Part shown: one piece after another, positions 1 to 14,017 of the stretch
Layout: every line of letters begins with the position of its first letter
Position numbering within the stretch: the first letter of the stretch is position 1
DNA from: the human T2T-CHM13v2.0 reference genome, Homo sapiens
Strand: one strand, 5' to 3'
Length of the DNA stretch: 64,000 bases
Assembly (NCBI RefSeq): GCF_009914755.1
Contig: NC_060936.1
Notes under the pieces: generated by a model
Seen by the model: only the letters and a program-made list of their open reading frames with translations
What the model was told of the DNA's origin: nothing
Database searches by the model: none
Translations under genes and position numbers: made by a program

Positions 1-723
1 TTTTAGGGCTTGGAAATGTCTTGATGAACCAATAATTGTTAAATGAATGAAGGAAAACAAGCATCCTACAAATTTTAACCAAAGCAAAAATATTACTGTA
101 TTTTACTTTAACTCTCCAGAAAAAATTTATGTCTAGTTAAAATCTTAGGATAAATTCTATGTAATTACTTGAATTCAGTGTTAGGATTGGCATTTGCTGA
201 AACTAAAACATCTTATCTATTTTTTAATTGAAAATTTATTAATTTAATTTATGTAATGGCGCTAGTATTACATGTTTAATGTGAAAAATGAGAAGTATAG
301 TTCATGAAAAATAGCACAAGTCACAAAAGAATCTACCTTCCCGAAATATCCAAAGTTAGGATTGGTTTACGTTTTTCTAGACATTCTCTATGTATGATTG
401 GCAACAGCAATATCTAGCACTTTAGCCATTTTCTAACTTGGATGCATTTCTTATGGAGAGAGAAATAAATCTTTGAGGTATTATACCTGCTATCTGGTTT
501 ATGATTATTTAACTTTTTACATTGTAGCAGGGTTTGAGTCCAATGGGCAACACAGTGTTTTAAATCCAAGGTCAAAGTCAGCTCTATAAGCATAACTGCA
601 GAAGGTAAGGACTGGAGCGATCACTTCTCAAGCATCCTTGTGAACAGTTTTCCTTATAGTTGCTCTGGTTGGTATGCCCTGTTCCTCCTTCTGATGCTTG
701 TCTAACCTTATATAAAATCCAAC

Positions 724-1032
724 TTATTTATTTATTTATTTATTTATTTGAGACAGAGTCTCACTCTGTCACCCAGGCTGGAGGGCAGTTGTGTGATCTC
801 GGCTCACTGCAACCTCCTCCTCCCGGGTTCAAGCCGAATCTCCTGCCTCAGCCTCCAGAGTAGCTGGGATTACAGGCACATGCGACCACACCCAGCTGAT
901 TTTTGTATTTTTAGTAGAGACAGGGTTTCACCATGTTGGCCAGGCTGGTCTCAGACTCCTGACCTCAGGTGATCTGCCCACCTCAGCCTCCCAAGGTGCT
1001 GGGATTACAGGCGTGAGCCACCACACCCAGGC
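724..1032 (-). mobile_element. AluS, full length, (TTTA)n tail
   Basis: Alu dimer on the minus strand; TSD ccaactta on both sides. Confidence 0.93.
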
Positions 1033-1661
1033 CCAACTTAGCTTTTAAGTCTAAATGACACTTTTATGAAGCTTTCTCTGTATCTGTAGTGGAAATTAAT
1101 AACTCCATTCTCCTCGCTGCTCTACAGAGTTGTTTATAATTCTCTTTGGAATTTATCATGTTATGCCTTGCATTATGACAATTTATAAATCTTTTCTGTC
1201 TCCTCAGCTATTTTACAAGCTCACAAAGGCAAAGATCTTATCATTCATTTTTATATCCCTTCACCATTGAGCAGAGCTCTTTGACCATAATAAACAGTCT
1301 ATAGTTGCTGAATGAATTAATCACTTAGTGTTAAGTGTTGTGCCATGGTTTAGATTTAATCACAAACTATAAGGAGGTTATTAATCATATCTTGGTATTT
1401 AGTACCAAACTGTAATGTTCATTAACTATCCATAAGTGTAAAAAAATGTGAATAGACAAGATATTACTTTGTTGATATTGTGATAGATTCTTCCAATTAC
1501 ATGTCCTGAAACATGTTATATTTGCAGTAAAAAATGCTAAAAGGCTGGCTGTAATAAAACACACAGCTTAAAATGTATGAGTTCAATAAAGAGCTATGCT
1601 AATTAAAAGCACTACATTTTTAGAATAGTTTATTCATCACTGAAATGAATAACTATCAGTA

Positions 1662-1954
1662 TTTTTTTTTTTGAGACAGAGTCTCGCTCTGTCCCCCTGG
1701 CTGGAGTGTAGTGGGGTGATCTCGGCTCGCTGCAACCTTTGCCTCGCAGGTTCAAGTGATTCTCGTGCCTTAGCCTCCCTGGAGTAGCTGGGATTACAGA
1801 AGCCTGCCACCATGTCTGGCTAATTTTTGTATGTTTAGTAGAGACAGACTTTGCCATGTTGGCCAGGCTGGTTTCGAACTCCTTACCTCAGGTTGTCTGC
1901 CCGCCTTGGCCTCCCTAAGTGCTGGGATTACAGGCGTGAGCCACGTGCCCTGCC
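1662..1954 (-). mobile_element. AluS, full length
   Basis: Alu consensus match; TSD-like tatcagt on both flanks. Confidence 0.93.
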
Positions 1955-3149
1955 AATATCAGTGTTTCTAATACACACTCTATGGTTGATATGTCAAGAA
2001 CACGTGTTAACTCTCAGGTTTAACAAAATAATTGTAGTTAAAAATACACTGGTAAGTGTCTTGAGTTTTCATATGTGAAGGTGATGAAAATTCTTCCTCT
2101 TCTCATCTGAAACCCAATTTGTAATTTAGCAATCAGACATGTTTATATTTAGCAAGTATGTAAGGGTCAGTATAAATATACAGCTATGAAAATAGACAAT
2201 CAGAAAAATTCTGCCTTGAAAAATTTCTGTTCCATTTTTCATGTGAGTAGTTGAAATAATTCAGTGCTCTTTAGAATATATGAAAATAGTGGCTGTGTCT
2301 CGAAATTGATCTCTGTAGCACAGAGCACATTTTCAGGCATAAAATAAGTTTAATAAATGTGTGATGAGTGAATAAATAAATAGTGTGTTTGATAGAACAT
2401 GAAACAATGGTAGTGTTACAGGATGCTAATATTAAGTATATAGGTAGAAACTACTCAATTCTAAAAATATGGACCAATTTCTATTATATTTGTTTAGTTT
2501 CTATAATAAAGAAAATAACAGTCCATTTGAAGAATTACTCTAACAAAACTGTTTTTCTTTAGGGCATTATGATAAGATTAAGTATTTTGATGAAATCCCA
2601 AAACCTCAAGGCTCAATGTATCCATGCATTTGGATACTTCTGAAAATAATGACTAGATCTAGCTCTCAGAAACTTTTCATTTTATTTTCATTACACAGCC
2701 AACATTTTTATAGTTATCAAGCCATGCTTAAATTTAACATGAAAAAGAGAGAGAAAGTAGGTGTTCCATGCCAATAAAAGATAAACCACAAGTAGAAAAG
2801 AAGGGCCCAAGAAATTGTGCTTGACATTAAATTGTGCCTGACATAATAATAGCAAGTAAATGTCCTGAGGTGACTGTCCATAAGCTACAGATTTGACTGT
2901 TACCTGAGCCAAATGAGAAATGTGGTGTCCGTTGAAATCATAATGAATTTCTTTGTATTACTGCTATAAAGGAATACGTGTTTTAATATCACAGGAATAA
3001 CACATGAATTATATAGTATTATGGTCCAAATAAGAAAAATATAATGTATTACTCTAGTGTGAACAGTGCAATTCCAGCAACGACATGGTATTAAACTGAA
3101 ATTATCTGCAGTTAGTTTCTTTGAAGAACATAGTTGGAAGTTGTAATTT

Positions 3150-3322
3150 ACAAGTTTTGCTACAAATTGGAATCACCTGCAGATTTGTAATGTATAATGA
3201 AACTGGCTTCTATCTGCTGACATTCTGATTAAACTTTTGAGTTCGTAAATGTAAATTGGGCTCTATGGGTTTAAAAGATCCTCGGTTAATTCTTAAGTGT
3301 AGTAGAGTTTAAGAAATACTAG
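3150..3322. mobile_element. Degenerate MER5-like hAT-Charlie MITE
   Basis: ttggaatcacctgcagattt ... ttttaaaagatcctcggttaattct ... agtttaagaaatactag resembles the MER5A family. Confidence 0.5.
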
Positions 3323-4424
3323 ATTAAAAATTTGGGAACTGAGTTTACTCGGATACAGATAATTCTCAGGAAACTCTGTATAATACCAAAAGTGAAAGGG
3401 GCTATGATGTGAAATGGCATCATTTATACCATTATAGCATTGTTACCCTCCATTAATATTAAAAACTGTTATAATAACAAAAGGTATTTTTTGTTGTTGT
3501 GAGTTATTGAATCCCTACTATGTACATTGTATTGTGCTAAGTGTTTTACATGTAAAATTTAACTGACTCTTCTAAGTAATTATACATATTATCTGCTTTT
3601 AATTTTTCTTAAATTGAAAAAATCAGCTAAAATGATTATTATGGGCCCCACCATCATGGAATTTTTTTGAAATCATTTATTTCTATTAATCCCAAAATAT
3701 AATGGTAACAAATTTTCCCCACACATCATTTCAATTTTTATGGACTATTGATTTTTCTAAATGTTAATTAAAAGCTCAAAACTTGACTAACCCCTTGGCA
3801 CTTCCATTTCTCACTCATTTGCCTGTTGTGATCGTGTTTTGGTTTTCTATTCTCATCAACATCTTTTCTACTCCAGAGTAGTATATTCCTCCCTGACCCG
3901 ACAAAAAAAAAAAAAAAAAAAAAAAAAAGACCAAAAACTAAGTTTTGGACATATAGCAGGCCAAATGCTATTACAGATTATAACTGATGCTATGTCTAAA
4001 TTTATTAATTCATTCAGATAGTCAACAATAATGCATTAAGCATTGATTGTGCCTGGCCATGGTGTGAGGTCCTGGGGGTAGGAGGGTAAATGTGAGAAGA
4101 GAGACATCAGCTCCCACCAGCAGACATGAGTTCATGTATATCAGAGGAGAGGCTTAGGATGCCATAGAAGTAAGTCAGCTCATCAGGGTCAATGTTCAGG
4201 AGACATAATTAATTTGACTACTAATATTATTTCCAATTAGGGTTTAATTATTTCTCTTTTTTATTTGACTGCTTCAAGCATGAAAACACTATTTTATTCT
4301 TGCTGTAGTTCATTTGTTTCCTCAGCAATTGTTTATAGATCACCTAAGTCATACATTTAGACTGGGGAGAGAGCAGTAGCCAAAATTAAAAAGAATCAAT
4401 AGGGAGTATACATTCTGGCCAGTC

Positions 4425-4457
<33 letters not shown>

Positions 4458-5900
4458 TATACATAAATACATATATATATAACACATTAAAGTATATATC
4501 ATGATGTATACTGTAATATATGTAACACATATGATATAGACTTTAATAACACATAGCATATATTACCTATAATATATAACATATATGTAATGTATGTAAT
4601 ATACTATTATATATACTTTAACAATGTTTATACATATTAGCATTACATATATGATTATATTACATATATAGTAATATATAATTAAAGTATATGCTATATA
4701 TTATATATCATACACATATGTATCATGTATATAATATATGCATATATATGATATATACATATGCAGTATATAAATATACAATACATATATGTAATAAAAA
4801 TGCATACATGTATGGTATGTGTAATATACACATATGTATATATTACACACATATAATATTAATATATTTTTAATATTAACATATCATATATTCAATATAC
4901 ATGTGTTTAATATATTATGTGTATACATGCCTATGTCTTATGCATGTAATATATGTATATATGTATATGTTACATGTACACGCATATATGTATATATGTA
5001 TATGTTACATGTATACGCATATATGTATATATGTATATGTTACATGTATACGCATATATGTATATATGTATATGTTACATGTATACGCATATATGTAATA
5101 TAATAAATATATACTTTAATAATATATTACTATATACATATGTCTATATTACATGCATAAGACATATTTGCAATATATAATATATATTTTAATAACAGGT
5201 ATTACTATATATGTAATAATATATTATTAAAGTATTAAAGTATATGTCATATATTACATATCTGTATGACATATGCAATATACACATATGTATATATTAC
5301 ACATATACATATATGTAATATAATAAATATTACACATATACATATATGTAATATAATAAATATATTAATATAAATACATTATATATTTAGTATAAATGTT
5401 TACTATATTATGTATATACATATGTCTCATACATGTAATATATGTATATATACATATGTATCTATTACATGTATGAGACATATATGTAATATATTAAATA
5501 TATAATATATACTTTAATAATATATAACTGTATATGTAATATATATTATTAAAGTAAATATTATATATTATGTATCTGTAATATATATATTTGAATATAT
5601 ATTACTATATATGTAATATATATTATGCAATATATTATTACATTATATATATTACATACATGTAATATATGTAATATATGTTATATAATATAAGTAATGT
5701 ATGTTACATATATGTAATATATGATTAAAGTAGACTGGGGAGAGAGTGTAGACAAAATAAAAACCATCATGAAGGTTACATTCTGGCTGGTCCTCTATGT
5801 ATACATTACACACATACAAACACACACATGTAATATGTAACATATACTTTAATATTTAATTCATGTGTGTATAATGTTATGATATATACTTTAATATTTA
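4425..5900. repeat. About 1.5-kb (TA)/(TATG)-rich low-complexity array with a 35-bp x ~4 minisatellite (4949-5096) and a 33-bp x 2 unit (5294-5362)
   Basis: Unit atatatgtatatatgtatatgttacatgtatacgc; its cgc recurs at 4981, 5016, 5051 and 5086. Confidence 0.95.
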
Positions 5901-5984
5901 ATTTAGATATTTGAGCATTTGCTATTTGATAAGCACTATTATGAGCACCTTTCATGAATTTATTTATTTAATTCTAAATCTAAT

Positions 5985-6570
5985 AGTCAACTCTTAGCTC
6001 TTGTCGTACATGACTTGTTAGCAGCTTTTGATAGAGCTCATCTTTCCCTTGTGCTTAAAATACTTTCTTCAGGTGGTTTTCTGTACCCCATCCTCTCCTG
6101 ATTTTCCTCATACTTCCCGGTGGCTTTGTTCACTCTTCTCTGTTGGTTCCTCCTCTTCTTCCCAAGGATAATCTCCTAAGGCTCAATGTTTGTTCCTCTT
6201 CTTTTATGTCTACACACTTTTGTTGATAATCCACCCTCAAGACTTCATTCACATTACCAAAAAATTTGAATTTAGATCTCCACCCCAACCTCTCAATTGA
6301 ACTCCAGATTGTGTGTCCTACTGCCTACGAACCATCTACTTTTGAATGTTTGATGGACCAGCCAACATGTCGAAAAAGAAACTTCCGACTTCCATTCATG
6401 ATCTTTTCCATCTCATTGGATACAGACTTCATCCTTCTTGTGATTAAAGCCCAAAACCTTGGAGTTATTCTTGACTCTTCTCTTTCTCTCAAATGCCATA
6501 TCTTCCCATCAATTTCTCTCAGAAAACATCTGGAATCTGACCATTTCTCATCACCTTCACTGTCTCTTCA
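5985..6570 (+). mobile_element. L2 (LINE2) fragment
   Basis: gacttgttagcagcttttgatagagctcat resembles the L2 RT DLSAAFDT region; ccttggagttattcttgactcttctctttctctc is typical of L2. Confidence 0.75.
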
Positions 6571-6678
6571 CTAACCTTGTTGCTACCCTTGAATATGCCC
6601 CCTACTGCATACCACCTGCCACGAACCCCACCAGAAAAGAGGCAATGTAGGCATGGCAATGCTCTGGTCTTCTTAGGG

Positions 6679-6932
6679 CAGTGTTTTACATATTGTGGAT
6701 TACCATCCATTAATGGACCCTGAAATCCATCTAGTAGATTTTAAGCAACATCTAAATAGATTAAACAGAAGACAGTACAGTGCACTAGGAAGCATCACAG
6801 TAACCTGAATTTAGTAAGGTAAAGTATTATTCCGTGAAACTTTGACTCCATTATAATTATGTATGTGCATATTGGGTTGTGCTATTCAATTTATTTCTTG
6901 CTGTGGGTCACAGTCAATATTTTAGAAAATAT
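6679..6932 (+). mobile_element. hAT-Charlie MITE, MER103-like
   Basis: cagtgtttt... ccattaatggaccctgaaatccatctagt ... gtaaagtattattccgtgaaacttttg ... tttcttgctgtgggtcacagtcaa resembles the consensus as I recall it; subfamily uncertain. Confidence 0.55.
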
Positions 6933-7807
6933 TAAGGTACATGAAGTTATTCTAATTAAAATTTCACCCAAATTTTTGGTGTTAAAATATGATTTGAATT
7001 TTGTTAGTTTGTTTGATATCCGATTCAAATAATAATGAAGGAAAATAAAACAGATTACAATTATTTGGCTCAATTTGATGGTAAAATAACTTTTATCTGT
7101 TTGTAAGTTACCAAAAAGTTTTAGAGGTTTTTAGTTAAAAAAATTGACATTAAATATGGAAAAAAGCAATTAAAACAGTGTTTGTACTAGGTCTATTTAT
7201 AATAACTGAGAGATGTTTAAGGGAAATCCATATTAAAAACAGGAATGATAAAATCTTTACAATTTCTTGAAATAAAATTCTTAACCAGAGAATATCATTT
7301 TATCATTAAAAAATCCACTCAAATTATCTTAAAGTATGCCTCTGGTGAGAAAGTGACCATATAAATGGCATTTAACAAGATATCTTAAAACCACTTCTTT
7401 TTACTGTAAAATGTATAGCCTAGTATATACTAACAAATGTTATTGAATTTACAGAAGGACTAGAATTAAGTGGGGAAAAGGTATTATTTTCTTGAAAGTC
7501 ATGTTTATTATGCTGATACATTGTGAGAAAATAAATTTTGGTAAACTGTTAATTTTAACAATAAATGTTGAATAAATAAATGCACTTTAATGAACTAGCC
7601 TTTAATAGTCATATTGGAAACTGTATTCAGGTACTTATTCTGTCGCTAACTTAGCTACTCAGGCAATAATGGGGAACATAACTAACTATCTTAAATTGCT
7701 GGTCCTCATAATGAATTACTATAAAAGAATAGTAAAAATGGTTGAATGCTCCTGATAAATACATTTGAAAATAAAAAAGAATGTATTATCGATCATTTGT
7801 TGTTGTT

Positions 7808-8070
7808 GTTCTCCTTCCCCTTCCTTCCTTCCTTCCTTCCCTCCCTCCCTCCCTCCCTCCTTCCTTCCTTCTCCTTCCTTCTCCTTCTCCTTCCCCTTCC
7901 TTCTTCTCCTCCTTCTGCTCCTCCTCCTCCTTCCTCCTCCTTCACCCTCCCCTTCCTCCTCCCTCCTCCTCCCTCCTCCCTCCTCCTCCCTCCTCTTCCC
8001 TCCTCCTCCTTTTTCTCCTTCTCCTTCTTCTTTCTTTCCTTATCCTTCTCCTTTTCTTCTTCTTCTCTTT
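7808..8070. repeat. About 260-bp polypyrimidine tract: (CCTT)n/(CCCT)n/(CCT)n/(CTT)n
   Basis: Almost pure C/T on the + strand; source of several spurious low-complexity ORFs. Confidence 0.97.
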
Positions 8071-9305
8071 TGCATTCCCCTTCTGATTGTGGTGCAAGTT
8101 GAGAGAGAGAGTTGTGTCTAACACTCAATTTAGAAATCAGTTTATTTTATATGCTGGTTAAATGGTAGGCAAAAATTTATCTTACAAACTTAGTTACAGA
8201 CTCAATGAGCCTTTTCTGGATTTTCAGTGAGCTAATCTGTTCATGTATAATATGAGTAACTAAACTTTAGGTAATAATATCCTATTAACATTTTGTAGCA
8301 AATCACATTTGGGTCAGAAATCTTCCTTCTTTCTATAAAAGGCATATAATTGCATTGAAATCAAGAACTTTAGGACTGCTCTTGCAAACATTTAAAAATA
8401 TTCCATCACATTATCTTTCTTAATATTAGGCCACAATAATTATTTGGCATCTTTCTTTTACTAATTTTTAATGGATCTTAAAGAAATACATTTACAAGAA
8501 TACTGTGGATGGATAGAGAACATCAAATTTACCTCATTTCTTGTTATTGTTCCTCCTCTTTTCCTTCCTTATATAATCTTATAGCTAGCGGCAGAATGAA
8601 ATATGAAGAAAGGAAAGAATTAATATATATTTCAGCACTGTCGCCTCATTGGATATTCAGATGGTGATCTGCAGAACAATAAGATTTATTATGTTATGTT
8701 GTATTCAGCATCTTCAACTCTATTATTTATTCATTAGAATAATTTCAGTAAAACTTACTTTGAAGTTAATTAATATAAATTTTTTTTTCCTCAAAATAAA
8801 TGAGTATATCTTGGCTGTGGTCATTTTTAAGCAAACAGCATATCATTGTATATTATCAATTTTTGTATAAAATTACTATTTTAAAGGAACATAAATAGTT
8901 TCTCTATTTTATAAGGATAGATTCTTGAATCTATTTTTTTCTTTTCATTTTCTTTAAGAGACATTTTGACCTTGCTATGAAGCTAAGCTAGGGAGGACAT
9001 TGGCAGAACTCTGTGTGTCCTCATGCATAGCTTTCGATGAGAATTTAGTAAGACAGACAATAGGACCTTGCCAAGTTATTAATTTTAAATCTCTTCTTTA
9101 TTGTAGAATCTAAAGATTTATAGAATACCCCCAAATCCAGGGAGATGGATCACAAAGAATTGGAACTTTTTAGCTTTCTATGCTCTTACGAATCTTAGCT
9201 GTGTCACTGCTATATAATGTCATGATCAAATTTTTATTTTTTTATTTTTTTGCTTTTCACCCTAAATGAATATAAACTGGTAATCATATTGAAACCAATC
9301 ATTTA

Positions 9306-9655
<350 letters not shown>

Positions 9656-10206
9656 TCAAACAAAATACCTGTATTTAATCAGCAGATTATTCACCTCTAG
9701 AAATACAAATATAATTTTTAAAATAAGTATTTGCTATGTTTAGGATGAAAATATGCTTCATTTTCATGTTGTTTCAAACCTGTCTCCATCTATCTATCTT
9801 TTGACGTACTTGACAAACACTGCTGGTTGAATCTAAATTACCCACATCCTAACATTCTAAGACTCACACATGCAACAATCTCAGTCTGTATGGATGCTTT
9901 CACTGGGACTTATTTGCAAAATACAAGATCCAGTTTTATGTTAAGTAGGTGGGTTGCTAATCTGCAAGAATGCCATTCTTTATCAGGCCTTTATGAATTG
10001 TTTGTAAGTACCAGCTGTACAATGAAAGCTTTATATTCATTCTGCAATTAGCCAAAATAATTCTAGTTAAACTCTGGTTAAGACTTCTAGTATGAAATGA
10101 ATGTAAACTATTCATTCTTTATCGTTCTTTCTGGTTTCATTTTGGCACATGTATTTGTTAAAATATAATCCTCTAAGTTGCTTTTTCACTGCTTTTCATG
10201 TTGCAG

Positions 10207-10279
10207 ATTGAAAATGTTGATGTCTGCCTTAGTTTTCTAGCAGCCAGAGGGGTAAATGTTCAAGGTCTATCTGCTGAAG
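10207..10279 (+). CDS. NAV3: NAV3 coding exon (73 nt; probably exon 4), calponin-homology domain: IENVDVCLSFLAARGVNVQGLSAE
   Basis: Acceptor ttttcatgttgcag| and donor GAAG|gtaaga. The translation matches the neuron-navigator CH domain. Ends in phase 1 and joins the next exon in frame (G+AA = Glu). Too short for the ORF track. Confidence 0.96.
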
Positions 10280-12496
10280 GTAAGAAAAAGAATGACTGAA
10301 TTGTCACAAATGGCATCAATGTTTTTAAATTATTTTTTATAATGTAAGAAATGTAACATTGGAGTATACGTCTCCTTAATATGATAAAGGAAATTGGTGA
10401 AGTCTTCAAGACAACCGAAACATAAACATAATGGTTATTAATATGTGCTCTAAGTATTTAAATGTTTTCCATATTTTGCCAGAACTGTTCTTTTCTTAAC
10501 CAACTATATGGGAGAGGAGTGAATCAAAAAAATATCTTTATGTTATTACTAGTTTATAGTATAATTAGATTTCTTAAGTAGATGAATAGATAATTAGATA
10601 AATGTTGGATGGACATAAATACAGGTAAAATATTTTAATTAAGCCTTAAAATATTATTTTATCAATAACATTTCTATAATATATTCAAGTTGGTAGAAAT
10701 AGTCAAAATAGTTGGTAAGTTTAAGTCACTATGAAGTCTTAAATAATTAGAACTAACAGCGTTAATCACTGTTATATATAAATGTTTTAAATCATTAAAG
10801 ATTCAAAAGATCATCACTAAAATTGAAAGAGAGCAAAATGGGGAAAACTTGAACAAATTTTGACATTGATCTTTTTTCTGAGTTTATTTTACTTTCACTT
10901 ATAAAGGTGGCAAAAGTTTGCAAAAGCTTGCTACACTTAAGATAAAATTTGCCATACTTGAGAACACTGATACTTAAATTTCTTTTATATTTGCATGTTA
11001 TGATATATAATTAAATTACACATTTAATGACCAAGAAGCTTAGGTTCAAACCTAACTGGTAGTTCTGTAACTTAGAATAACATTTGAGTAAAATTCCCCA
11101 GGATAATATGTTGCTAAGTAGTTACAGGCTAGAAATGCTGCCATTTATTCACTTTTTATGTCTCTTCCTTATGAAAACCTTTATTAATATCAGCTTATTG
11201 ATTTTCATTCATCTTTAAAATATACATGAATGCTCAAAATTTACTCTCTAAATTAGTTAAACATGCAAAATAATAAAACAATAATTTTTTAAAGACTCTT
11301 TAAACAAAATCTTTCAGGTTTATAGGAGAAAATTAACACTCTCTCACTGTAGCCTCAGATTGATGAAGCCAACTCTTCAATATGACGAAAACTATGAGAA
11401 ATGTTTGGGGGAAAAATAGAACAACTCAGAGGGTCATTTTATATTAATTATTTTACTGCATAGTTTGAGTTATATGATAAACCATCAGAGAGCAAGAAAT
11501 CCAAACAGTTGGTTAATTTTCCTAAACTCCAAAAGGGGACATAAAACCTTAATCTCAGAGGAGGATGCATTTTATTGCCAACATCAAGTTTTATTTAAAA
11601 TATGATTACAGGTTGTGTAGCTTATTTTCAAGCTTTACTTCCTTCTCTTTTCCTATTTTTTTAAGTTATAACTACAGGAGAAAAATGTAGGCTTATGTGT
11701 ACCCTACATTGTGAATTGAATTTTTTTATTCAATATTTGAAAATCTTACACAGCAACTTCATCTGTTAGAACAAGGATTTCTGCTTATTCAATTATGTTA
11801 TCTGACGTAAGCTAATCCTCCTTATTTATTAATATATAGCATAAATTAAAAATAAAAGAATTGGAACATTAAAAATTGATATGTCTGCTTTTGGAAGATA
11901 TACCTACACATACATTTTGATATATATGGATATATATTTGGAGGATATATACATACATAAATATGTATAAATGAGTTGGTGAGTGGGTGATTTAGAAAGA
12001 AAGTTGATTGCAACAAATCCAGTTGGTATTAGGAGGTGCACCCACATCATCAATATTTATAAATGTAGGACAACCAACATTTAAGTGGCTTTCTTTCTCC
12101 AGTTCGTAGCCACTGCTATGCTGGCAACAGCTGTGTATATTTGTGAGGGAATCAACATGCTAAATCAAATGGTTAGCACAAGAGAGAGCTCATTTATTTC
12201 TAAGAAGCAGCTAACTCGAGAAAAATTGTAGTTCAAGGTCAGCAAAGAATATCACTTCTGAGTGTGCTTTGTTCTTTTTACCCTCTATCCTTTTATTCTC
12301 TCCCTGAAATTCCAAGTTATTTGGAAATGTTAACATGTTTCAGAAATTCAGGTTTGTTTGTGATTCAACTGTGACTGAGAGAATTAAGTTGTATCTCTGT
12401 CTTCATAGATTTATTTCAAGAGAAATGCATCTAGAATTTGTTAAAAAGGACATTAAATACATATGATTCTTTTTTTGTATTTTTCATTTCATACAG

Positions 12497-12680
12497 AAAT
12501 AAGAAATGGAAACTTAAAAGCCATTCTAGGGCTGTTTTTCAGTTTATCTCGCTACAAGCAGCAACAACACCATCAACAACAGTACTATCAGTCCTTGGTG
12601 GAACTTCAGCAGCGAGTTACTCACGCTTCCCCTCCATCGGAAGCCAGCCAGGCCAAAACCCAGCAAGATATGCAGTCCAG
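12497..12680 (+). CDS. NAV3: NAV3 coding exon (184 nt; probably exon 5): EIRNGNLKAILGLFFSLSRYKQQQHHQQQYYQSLVELQQRVTHASPPSEASQAKTQQDMQS
   Basis: Acceptor ttttcatttcatacag| and donor CCAG|gtaagg. Lies within ORF 12463..12684. GNLKAILGLFFSLSRY is the C-terminal helix of the CH domain. Phase 1 to phase 2. Confidence 0.97.
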
Positions 12681-13119
12681 GTAAGGAAAGGAAGTAGGGA
12701 ATGTGTTTCCAATTAGTTTGTGTAGATACAACTTGTTTTTAACAAATTATTGTCCATGAGTTTGAAAAACGTACTCATGTGCTTGTATCAGTGTGATGGG
12801 ATTATTTGACTTGTGTAATAGAAACTAAAACCACTCTTGTTTTGCTTGGACAAGCAACATCTATCATCTTTTGGGTGACGTATTTTGTTTGTTTTCTAAA
12901 GATTGTTGTTCTGTATCACAGTGTGAAATGTCTTTGGTGTAAGTAATGTGGCATGACTACTTTCTTCTACAAATGACTTTAGTATTTAGAATGTGCTATT
13001 GAGTCCTAGTCTCCTGTCATGTAGTTATCTTTCATTGATATTTTTGATTAATTAAGTCTGTCAGAAATTTCAGGTCTGTTAAACATAGGAGTTTGAAGTT
13101 TGGGAACATAGTGTTTTTG

Positions 13120-13120
<1 letters not shown>

Positions 13121-13151
<31 letters not shown>

Positions 13152-13176
13152 ATGAGTGTGTGTGTGTATGTGTGTA
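13121..13176. repeat. (TG)n microsatellite
   Basis: About 15 perfect TG units followed by interrupted repeats. Confidence 0.95.
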
Positions 13177-13304
13177 TGCACATACATGTATTATTTGTCT
13201 GGCTTGAGTCTTTTGGCATATGTAGACACAGCCTGGTGGAGTGCTCCCAAATCATGGCAACTTCCTTTTCTCTTCCATTATTATTATTTTTTTCCAATAT
13301 AGAA

Positions 13305-14017
13305 TTATATCAATCAGTGTTCAACTAGAGGAGTCAAGCAAGTAAATGATATATAACAAGAGATTTATTGTGAAGAATTGGTTTAGCATGATTGAGCATA
13401 CTGGTTAGGCAAGTATGAAATCTGAAGGGCAGCCCAGCTGGAAGGGCAGGCTAGAAATCTCATCATGAGTTGAAATTGCAGTACGCAGGTAGAATTTCTC
13501 CTCTGAAGGAAGCCTCAGTTCTGCTTTTGAAAAGCCAAACTTTCGGCCAGGCACGATGGCTCAAGCCTGTATTCCCAGCACTTTGGGAGGCCGAGGTGGA
13601 TGTATCACAAGGTCAGGAGTTCAAGACCAGCCTGGCCAAGATGGTGAAACCCCATCTCTATGAAAAATACAAAAAGCAGCCAGGTGTGGTGACAGGTGCG
13701 TGTAATCCCAGCTACTCTGGAGGCTGAGGCAGAGAATTGCTTGAACCAGGGAGGCAGAGGTTGCAGTGAGCCAAGATCCAGCCTGGGTGACAGAGCGAGA
13801 CTCTGTCTAAAGTAAACAAACAAACAAAAGAACTTTCTTTCAACTAGTTGAATCAAGATCACCCAGATTATCTAAAGTAAACTTTACTGAAAGTCAATTG
13901 ATTATAGACTTTTATTACATCCTTAAAATATCTACATAGCAACAACTAGACTAGTATTTGAAGGAATAATTTAGACTATAGTCTAACATAGTTTACATAT
14001 CAAAATAAATGATCACA
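13305..14017 (-). mobile_element. MLT2-family (ERVL) solo LTR interrupted by an Alu
   Basis: aagagatttattgtgaagaattgg ... ctttcaactagttgaatcaagatcacccagattatc ... aaagtcaattgattatagactt ... gatcaca is the reverse complement of an MLT2-type LTR. Confidence 0.7.
13545..13829 (+). mobile_element. AluS (Sg-like) with a ~14-bp internal deletion in the right arm
   Basis: TSD aactttc; gagccaagatc|cagcctggg lacks gcgccactgcactc. Confidence 0.92.

Noticed and set aside
660-2078. Alu-derived ORFs here and throughout (LQPPPPGFK / PASAS-type peptides)
   Set aside because: Standard Alu translations with no evidence of exonisation from sequence alone.
3903-3930. Isolated poly(A) run as a retrocopy tail
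   Set aside because: No recognisable upstream element and no clear TSD.
4691-5843. Tyr/Ile/Cys/Met-rich ORFs
   Set aside because: Translations of the TA-rich repeat array.
7746-8128. Several ORFs of 60-118 aa on both strands
   Set aside because: Artefacts of the stop-free C/T low-complexity tract.
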